48,306 bases of DNA from Tubiluchus corallicola (Eukaryota > Animalia > Priapulida): assembly GCA_030141605.1 (NCBI GenBank), contig JAQGDQ010001306.1, positions 1-48,306 of the forward strand. Reading direction: 5' to 3'. Position 1 is the first letter of the stretch. Every line of letters begins with the position of its first letter. The notes under the pieces were generated by a model, which saw only the letters and a program-made list of their open reading frames with translations, had not been told where the DNA came from and ran no database searches. Position numbers and translations under genes: made by a program. Of this stretch, positions 38,865-48,306 are shown one piece after another.

Positions 38865-40134
38865 TATCCTAATTAAGAGGCAGTTACATGTTTTTATTAA
38901 ATACCAGCATAGTATACCCTGTTACTAAATAAAGATCGTTGACACGAGAATTATTAGTCATGATGCTATGAAATTTTAATTAGCCAGCATCTTTAATGGT
39001 CGTCATTTTTTTGTTATTATCATAACAGGCACCTGTGCATATCGTAAGTGGCGCCACCGCTCGCACCTGGTCTTGTGTGGTTATACTTCACGATTTCAAA
39101 ACGTGTCCAAGTGGGTTGAACAGTTAATATAGAAGTTGGTTGTCTGGGTAAAGGTTATTGAAATAATGATAGCGGCTTTGTTTAATGCTCCAGTCATTCG
39201 TTTGCTGACGTTGTTAAAGCGCAATCAGTCGCTAGCTCGTGTATTACAAGGCATTTTTATCTACTCAGTTATGTTACCTGCCATATGCGTATCAAAAACG
39301 CTTTGGTTTTTTTTGCCGACGCAGCCGACCCTATTTCGCAGTTTATAACCGACTAAAACTTCGGGTAATTTGATACTCTTTCCCCTCTGTCATTCCCGCT
39401 TGGAAATAATGAAAGGAAAATAGAATCCATTGCCATGTCTTTTTTAACTGGCCAGGGGAATTTTAACAGCTTTTTGCATAGACTTAATATGAGTGATACT
39501 AGTTTATGTCCATGTGGAGAAGAAGAGCAAACTCCTCAGCACATTTTATTCAGATGCAATAAATATGATAATACAAAAAATGCGTTTTATAGAAATAGCT
39601 GATGCCAGTTATACACGTAATATTATGCTTCAATCTGATAAAAATTTAATAATTTCTTTTACTAACCTGATCAGAGATAATTTTATACTAAGTAATTGTT
39701 AATTTAGGCCCGCTCAAGTATACAAAAATAAATTATGTAGGTGCATAAATTTGTGTGTATAATACTTGTGAATCATTTGAAATTAAATCTAATTTAAGTA
39801 TAATATGTTATTCGTTGTACATAGTGTGAAACTGGAAATACTTAAAAGATTCGTAATATGAAAATGACATGACACCTGTTAGATGTAGCAGAAGTAATAT
39901 GCTTGCCCAAACTGGAATTACGATCTTTTTAAAAAAAATAATATTTCTCTAATTGGTTCCTGAATTGGCAATAGCAGAAATACGTGCTTGCTAACAGTGC
40001 AGTGATAGCCTTTTCAAATTTTTCTGAATTGGACGCAAAAGCACTATTATTCGTTTGAGATACAACTCCCATAAACAGATTTGTTTCGCCGTGAAGCCGG
40101 TCTTATATTCGCTCTCGTCATTATTTACTTCATA

Positions 40135-40320
40135 CTTTATTTATTTGTTATTTATTAGGCACAAGAAATAAATACACAAGTAAAAAGTAAACAGTAAAAT
40201 TTTATAGCTATAATTAGTATGAAGGTTGTGCCTACCACTGTGTGTCATGGATGACAGTAAGGAACTAAATTCTCAATCAGGTTACTGTCTGTCTTCTACT
40301 GCCTAGTAGACACAGAGCTA
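40135..40320 (-). mobile_element. LINE 3' end of the same family as 2737-2925
   Basis: Shares TTATTAGGCAC.AGAAATAAATA, GAAGG.TGTGCCTACCACTGTGT..CATGGATGACAGTAAG and CAGGTTACTGTCTGTC. Confidence 0.7.
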
Positions 40321-42384
40321 AAAATACATAAAATAATTAAGACAAAAAATACTCAAAGTACATTAAACAGAACATATTTTACAAGCATACAAACAACGCA
40401 AAATGTAAAAACCTAGAGTATTATCACAACAATAATAAGAACAATTACAAAAACATAATTAATAAGTTTGTGCATATGTTAAAAGACTGTTGGCACACTT
40501 GCCCAAAATGCACTAACTTACCAACTACCTAATTCATTGTGTCTCATGCGTTAGATTCTAAATTATATATATGTGAATATGTTTAATACGTTGTAAATGT
40601 TTTTTGAAGTTTTAAACATATCCTTACAAATAGAGGGAATGTATATTGTACATAGGTTTTAAAAATAAAGAATTATAATAATAATAATAATAATAATAAC
40701 AATAATACCCAATACCAATTATAAGCATTTTGTCTTTCTGCCCAAAACGTCTCAGTTTAGTGTACAACGAAATCGTTAACTCGGTTTTTTTACATCAAGT
40801 TTACTGCTGAATATACAGACAACATACGTGTTTGTGCGATAAACAATAGACAGGGTGGTCCGTTAAAAACTGAGCAGCATCCTGTTAATTAAGGAAGCCT
40901 AGAATCAGGATGCCTTTAAGTCACCAACATCTGTCTAGCTCTTAGGCCAAATTGGTCCAAGCACGTTTTCCAGGACACAAGGAAGCAACAAATTTATCAA
41001 TTTCCTCACATTTGGTCCACGTTTCTTTTAGCATTTTAACTGAAACCCAACAGGAAGTAGAATTCAGAGGGGCTTATTCGTGACTTCCGTTGTTGATCTC
41101 GTAGTTTAAATAAGGGTTGATCTCTAACAGCTTTTTTCATACATACTGTAGTCGTAGTTTTTTCTAGAAAACAACTCTATGATTTTCTCGGTGTAAAGCA
41201 GTTGTAGATTCATAAATTCCAATATTCGGGAAGGTATCCAACACCATCAGCTGCAACAAATGTTGAAAATATCTTCACCCCCTCTTGATAATATCCTCTC
41301 TCCCCAAATTTCAGCTTAACCGTGTCGTTTACTCTGAAATGAGTCCGGCTTCTGTTTCAGTATATAAATATTAATCCTCTCTGGTCTTACCGCTTTAATA
41401 GGCAGAAAAGCGCCTCTCCTCACACAATTCCGCCCAAATCCGCACGCATCCTTTGATCCAGCGCAAGATTAGGAAAATCAGTGGTTGTTTGCCCGCCGGA
41501 CTATTTTCTTTAATAAGAAGATTTGCGCTTGATTGGATGGAGCCGTTTCTTGATCCCAACTTTGTTCTAAGCTTAGCTACTATAAACAATCGCTAGGCAA
41601 ATATGTGTTTATTGCTTATTAATGAACCTTCAGACAGACGCGCTGACTACATTTAGGACGTTGCTTTCCAAGACTTGTGATTCATTTAGTTACAGGGTCT
41701 TTCTGTCCAAAAGTGCCAAGTTGATTAAGCGACTATGAATATATTAGTAATTGGCTCATTAGTCAGTCGGTTGGTTAGCTGGTCGTTCAATTAATCTTTC
41801 TCTCGGTTGGTTTGATTTGCTTTGATTTGGTTTGATTTGATGATTGTTTGGTCAATCAGTCACTTACTCGATTAATAAAATTTGTCAAATAAATGGATAG
41901 GTGGTTAAAACACCTATTTGTTATTCTTTCTTTTTCTTTTTTCTTTCCTCTTCTTCCCACCATTTTTAGCTATTCACTTCTCTCTCACTTTCTTTCTCTG
42001 CTCTGCTTCCTTGTCTTCCTTTACTTCATTTATATCTTTTCTTCACTATTTCATTTATTTTTCCTTGTTTTTATTTAGCTCCTTATTCATTCTTTTTCCT
42101 TTATTCTTCTTCTTTGCCCATTTCTTATCCTCTCTCTGCATCTATCTACCAGCACTTCTTTGCGCTCATTCTCGTCTTCTTTCTTTTCCTGACATTCCTT
42201 CTTCCATTACGCCTTGCCTTTTTTCTATAAGTTTTTTTCTTTTTGTCTTGTTCATTTTCCTTGGCACTTCTTCAGACATTAACATAAGTTTCAAAATGAC
42301 GTAATTGGTTCACACAGGGTAATAAATAGAGTCTGACAGTAACTCATTTGGCACCCTGTTCGTAAGATCATCTGTTTCTTTCAG

Positions 42385-42725
42385 TTATGGTGGGATGGAG
42401 TTTAATGGAGGGATGCCGCGCAAAAACGCCACAAGAGAAGCCACTAGCACACTGAAAGCCTGGCTTCATGAGCATATCAAAAACCCCTACCCAACAAAAG
42501 GAGAGAAAATCATGCTAGCCATCATTACCAAGATGACGCTTACCCAAGTTTCGACTTGGTTCGCCAACGCCAGACGGCGACTCAAGAAAGAGAACAAGAT
42601 GACTTGGTCGCCGAGATACCAAGCCGGTGGAGACGAGAAGAATGACAGCGACAACGAGGATGGCGACAGCAACAATAACACGAATGCTAATGGAGAACGG
42701 ACACAACTCAATGATAGCTTGGGTG
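42385..42725 (+). CDS. Irx: Iroquois coding exon 4: TALE homeodomain and acidic region
   Basis: [66 protein letters not shown] (PYP loop, WFAN with Ala50); TTTCAG acceptor and G|GTAAGT donor. Confidence 0.98.
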
Positions 42726-42815
42726 GTAAGTGCGCATCATATCACAGTGGCACAGTTGATAGAAGAAAAGTGCATGGATGCTGCAGAATGAAGAACAGAT
42801 GAATGATCTATTCTC

Positions 42816-42829
42816 GATGAGGATGATGA

Positions 42830-42921
<92 letters not shown>

Positions 42922-42953
42922 AGTGGTGGTCGTGTTGGTGATGATTATGATTC

Positions 42954-43015
<62 letters not shown>

Positions 43016-43030
43016 GGTGGTGGTGGTAAT
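42816..43030. repeat. (GAT)n/(GGT)n microsatellite in the Irx intron
   Basis: Direct reading of the sequence. Confidence 0.96.
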
Positions 43031-43381
43031 TGATGCGTAATGAAAGATTTATTCCTATTATATTAACATTTATTATAATTTTAGACTACTTTAATACTTT
43101 TAAATAAATTTTTTCTGGCTTTAAAAGATACATAACAAACAGCCATTCGTCTGTCTTTCTTTAATATCTGATAAACTGTTCTCAAAACAAAAAATTGTTT
43201 ACTTGTCTGACGGATTGGTTGCCTGGCTAGGTGGCTTCTAGTGACTACTGGTTGACTAATCAATTCATTAAACGAAGTCCATGTCGGATGGTCTAACAGA
43301 CTGACTGATTGATCAATTGACTAAGAAATTTTGGAATTATAGAACATACAATTGCAAAGCTGACATTCCAATAATTTTCAG

Positions 43382-44221
43382 GATCAGAAAGTGATAGCGG
43401 AAACGACGACAAAAGCGCCACCCTGAAACTCGGCAAAAGCGGAAAAGACGCAGTCCTCAGCAGTATAGGCGGCCAACAGCGTCAATCTAACCATTTATTA
43501 ACAAATCTCAATCTAAGTCACTCGTCACCACCACCAGGATCCGTGTCTTCAATATCAGGTGATTCTATATCGGCCAGTGAGTCTTTAACCTCTCCGCGTG
43601 AGAACAGTTCCTGTTCCATGCCTACTACCTCATCCACTCGAGTGCACAGTGGCAACTCCATCTCCTCACACGTAGACAATTCTATAAAGCCAAAAATCTG
43701 GTCTTTGGCGCACACGGCCACATCGGAGAGTCCACCGATCATGCGGAGAACCCCGCCTCCGTCACAACACGGACTGTCACCGGGTTCTCTGGGCTCTCCT
43801 GTCAACAGCCTGCAGCAGTGGATGAACGGAATGTTCCACAATTCTCATCCAACGATCAACCGATATCAAATGATGTCCGGAATGAACACGACATCTCCTC
43901 CTACGGGGACAACTCGATTGTCAGCCCCCTCCGGAGCACTCTCCATGTATGGAAACACAAGTAATAACTTGCAGCGGCTTGGCTTGTCCAGCAGCAGCTC
44001 ATTAGAAAGTGCAGGAGGCCTAGGAGGTGCAGGTAGTTCTTTATCTGCTCCATTGCCATCTGCAACTGGCCCATCTTTACAAACAGAAAGAAGCCATTTA
44101 CAAAATAATGACATATTGTCTGCTCAGAGCTTAAATCAGATGTCGAGTTTACGAGATCTACGAGTACCATCTTCATCTTCGTCTTCTTATACTCTTAATC
44201 AACGGTTGGACAGTATTCCAG
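43382..44221 (+). CDS. Irx: Iroquois coding exon 5, containing the IRO box
   Basis: TTTTCAG acceptor in phase 1 matching exon 4; open Ser/Pro-rich frame with KPKIWSLAHTAT; G|GTAAGT at 44221/44222 suggests a further exon (otherwise the stop is at 44268). Confidence 0.92.
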
Positions 44222-44929
44222 GTAAGTCCATAACTACATTGAAGTATTGTAGTGAAATTTATCGTTAATATATTATTATGTCATTTTTGTTTAGTAAGAT
44301 GACTTGCTCAAAAAGTAACTGCTTCTTTACAATAATTTCCTGTAAATATTATAGTTTACTGCATTGTTTATTGCATTGTTTTTTGCATTGTTTTATGGAG
44401 CCAGAACAATGAGCGGTTTGAAAGATGCCTTTGTTCACAGAAACCAGTAAGGTCATTAACGACTGACCAGTGACCGGTGGCGTTAGTTTATTACCGACAT
44501 TTTCATTTATTGTTAGTCAGCTACTATGCACTATTCGGAGAATAATTACGTTTACTAACGCAGTTCTCTAAACTTTACACTCATACTGGTTTTATGATTA
44601 TAGAAAAAAGGGAAGTTTTAAATAGAATGGTCATATTAGGAGTCGAAATGCGGGACATTTATTTATAAAATTTCAAAAAACAACAGGACTTCCTTGCCAT
44701 CTTTGCACCACTGTGGGTCGGTGGCATTCTCTTGTTATTTGGGCGGGTGTCCAGCTTTCTTCAAGGATCGTTTTCCTGTCTATAAGCAACTGCACAGTCT
44801 GAGAAGTCTGAGAAGGGAATAAAAGTTCTCTGACTAGCAACATAAGCAACATTGAATTGATGAATGTTTTAAGCTTGTTTTAATGCTATAACTATTGTTG
44901 ACAACTTTTGCAGCGCATATTAAATAGAT

Positions 44930-45013
44930 CATGATAATGATGATGATGATGGTGGTGGTGGTGGTGGTGGTGGTGGTGGTGGTGGTGGTGGTGTGTGGTG
45001 ATGATGATGGTGA

Positions 45014-45047
<34 letters not shown>

Positions 45048-45237
45048 GGCGTTGATGATGATGATGGTGATGATGGTGATGATGATGGTGGTGGTGGTGA
45101 TGGTTGTGGTGGTGTTGATGATGATGATGGTGATGATGGTGTTGATGATGATGATGGTGGTGGTGTTGATGATGATGATGGTGATGATGATGATGGTGGT
45201 GATGGTGGTGGTGGTGGTTGTGGTGATGATCATGATG
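44930..45237. repeat. Mixed (GAT)/(GGT) microsatellite
   Basis: Direct reading of the sequence. Confidence 0.95.
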
Positions 45238-45889
45238 GAGTCAGAGGATGATGAGAGCGACTGGATGGAGTTGGAGGAGCTCAGGAAGCAGGAATTCATT
45301 CAACATATAGTTCTAAGAAGAGACAGCGAGCAACATAACTATAGTCATGTACAAATATTCCACAATAAGAAAACTGCTTGTATCGTTCACAACACTACGA
45401 TTGTTAAGTCACAAAAATGTCTGAAATTTAATATTTTGGAGTTACAATTTACAGGCAGGAGGGGGAAAATATTCCTACACATTTTATTCACCAGTATAAT
45501 TGTTCCTGAACAGCCTGTTAGAAAAGCTTCTGGTTAGAATGATACGTTTCTACAGATTTGCAACTCTGTAAACTATGATTAGTTTCACGGCTAGATCACG
45601 ATATTCAACTTATGTTAATAAAATCGTACTTGTTTTCAGTCGAACATTTCTAAATAAACGCTGCAGACTTTATAAAACAAAAATTCGCTAGAGTTGAACA
45701 ATGTGCCAAAGAGCCAAAGGGTATCAACACTAACTTTTACAACTTAAGTTTAAGCTAATCGGAAGAAGGAAGAATGAATTGTTTTTCTGAGAAACAACTC
45801 CTCGTAAATTAATTTAACCAAAGGCTATTATAAGAGTTATAAGCAGTTATTATTAGAGTTCAAAATTCTGCTTGGCTGTAATACGATTA

Positions 45890-47165
45890 ATAAGCCTATA
45901 ATATAAATGTAGTAGAAAGCAGTAGGCCTATAATGTGAAAGTAGTAAAGCAGGTGTAGGCCTATAATGTGAATGTAGTAAAGCAGGTGTAGGTCTATAAT
46001 GTGAATGTAGTAAAGCAGTTCTAGGCCTATAATGTGAATGTAGTAAAGCAGTAGGCCTATAATGTGAATGTAGTAAAGCAGTTGTAGGCCTATAATGTGA
46101 ATGTAGTAAAACAGTTGTAGGCCTATAATGTGAATGTAGTAAAGCAGTAGGCCTATAATGTGAATGTAGTAAAGCAGTAGGCCTATAATGTGAATGTAGT
46201 AAAGCAGTTCTAGGCCTATAATGTGAATGTAGTAAAGCAGTAGGCCTATAATGTGAATGTAGTAAAACAGTTGTAGGCCTATAATGTGAATGTAGTAAAA
46301 CAGTTCTAGGCCTATAATGTGAATATAGTAAAACAGTTGTAGGCCTATAATGTGAATGTAGTAAAGCAGTAGGCCTATAATGTGAATATAGTATAGCAGT
46401 AGGCCTATAATGTGAATGTAGTAAAACAGTTGTAGGCCTATAATGTGAATGTAGTAAAACAGTTCTAGGCCTATAATGTGAATATAGTAAAACAGTTGTA
46501 GGCCTATAATGTGAATGTAGTAAAGCAGTAGGCCTATAATGTGAATATAGTATAGCAGTAGGCCTATAATGTGAATATAGTAAAGCAGTAGGCCTATAAT
46601 GTGAATATAGTATAGCAGTAGGCCTATAATGTGAATATAGTAAAGCAGTTCTAGGCCTATAATATGAATGTAGTAAAGTAGTAGGCCTATAATGTGAATA
46701 TTGTAAAGCAGTTCTAGGCCTATAAGATGAATGTAGTAAAGCAGTTCTAGGCCTATAATATGAATATAGTAAAGCAGTTCTAGGCCTATAATATGAATAT
46801 AGTAAAGCAGTTCTAGGTCTATAATATGAAGGTAGTAAAGCAGTTCTAGGCCTATAATATGAATGTAGTAAAGCAGTTCTAGGCCTATAATATGAATGTA
46901 GTAAAGTAGTAGGCCTATAATGTGAATATAGTAAAGCAGTTCTAGGCCTATAATATGAATATAGTAAAGCAGTTCTAGGCCTATAATATGAATGTAGTAA
47001 AGTAGTAGGCCTATAATGTGAATATGGTAAAGCAGTTCTAGGCCTATAATATGAATGTAGTAAAGCAGTTCTAGGTCTATAATATGAATGTAGTAAAGCA
47101 GTTCTAGGCCTATAATATGAATGTAGTAAAGCAGTAGGCCTATAATGTGAATGTAATAAAGCAGT
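45890..47165. repeat. 30/33-bp minisatellite, about 40 copies
   Basis: Unit AGGCCTATAATRTGAATRTAGTAAAGCAGT with or without TCT/TGT; contains the palindrome TAGGCCTA. Confidence 0.97.
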
Positions 47166-48306
47166 GTGACGGCTCGACATTTACCGTGAAAATAATTTCA
47201 TGATTCACGATTCGACGGAAACATATTTAATTTTTAAACTGTTTTGAAAAGTTAAATTTCCGTTCCTACAGCCATTCTCTTTACTCATGCTGATCATTTC
47301 TTTGATTTACAACAACACAAAAAAAATTCTTGTAAAAGACCATAAAATAGATTCTCGGAACTCGGAAGTGGTTGATTCAAGACAAATTCAAGAAATGTAG
47401 CATGTATGTGTATGTGTGCCTAATCAGCGCGGGAACTGGTTATAATATCCGTTATTTAAAAACTTGAGATAGTTGCAGATAGCTTAAGTATCTTCATTTT
47501 TACCATATATAGAATTTTATCGAATTGAATTAAGATTGCACATTTTGCACTCGATCCGCCACTGTATCAAATTCTTTCTGATCAGGTCAATGATTGAAAT
47601 TTTATCTGCAACAGAGCGGGGTGTCAACATAAAATTTTCATGCGCCTATAGACTTCAATTTGACCCTCAGCAATTTAAATGTTGTAAAACTGCATTATTG
47701 TATCATTTATATTTTTACCACATAAATCAAACAATGACACTTTATGTGGCAGCCATTACCAAGAACATCAATCTCTCGAGGGGTGCACGTGAAACAAAAA
47801 TCAATTCTAGAATCGACAACTATTTTAAGAAAGAAAAGACACTATTACTTTTAATTTCTGTACCATAATGTTTTTATTAGGAATACTTACGCAAAAATAG
47901 GTTTGCAGCACGAGTGATTGAATTTAGCGCACCATTCTCTCATGAATCCGCCCCCTCTACGTCCATTTCTTCACTTGGATGGCCACGACGTTGTGCACAG
48001 GTCTATCCCTGACATAATTATGTTATGAGATGATAGGCGCCATCCAAGCATCATAAATGCGTTTCATGAGAAGGTTTGGCGCATCCATAGAGCAAGTTTT
48101 GACTTTTGATGGGCATCTGGAAAGCTTGAAAACTTGAATAAAAATGTCAAGTGCTGGGAACAATAATACCAGTGTGTATTGTATATCTAGGGGCGTGCAG
48201 TCTGCCTGCTAGGTGGGACAAAATAAAAAAATAATTTCTGCGTTTTGGAACTTATCTGCAGTCTTTCAAATTGGCTTGGAACTTTGGTTTAAACAAACAA
48301 ATTTCC

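Noticed and set aside
43518-44176. Antisense ORFs over Irx exon 5
   Set aside because: Shadow frames of the GC-richer coding exon.
45837-47180. 447-aa His/Tyr-rich ORF
   Set aside because: Translation of the 30/33-bp minisatellite; both unit lengths are multiples of three and there is no unique domain or splice support.

Overview
Eukaryotic, AT-rich animal genomic DNA with spliceosomal GT-AG introns. It looks like an invertebrate bilaterian, but the taxon cannot be fixed from this window. Three genes are supported. (1) The last four coding exons of the DEAH splicing helicase DHX38/PRP16 (+, 484-11334). (2) An intronless alpha-1,3/4-fucosyltransferase (GT10) nested antisense in the last DHX38 intron, with a 1-nt frameshift (-, 4187-5454). 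(3) A multi-exon Iroquois TALE homeobox gene (+, 20290 to at least 44221), whose final exon is unresolved. The rest is a dense mosaic of a dead Tc1, two RTE-like LINE 3' ends, many L2/CR1-like 3' ends, a tRNA-derived SINE, several MITEs, and micro- and minisatellites. The most striking pattern is that four of the five long minisatellite families sit at, and appear to be amplified from, transposon termini. Two independent RTE insertions both end in tandem arrays of the same 65-bp unit (last ORF2 codons plus the (GAT)n tail). Two TIR elements each have one arm expanded into an array. Also notable are a MITE family with 6-bp TSDs and a MITE flanked by a ~105-bp direct duplication. All alignments were done by eye and no database search was run.
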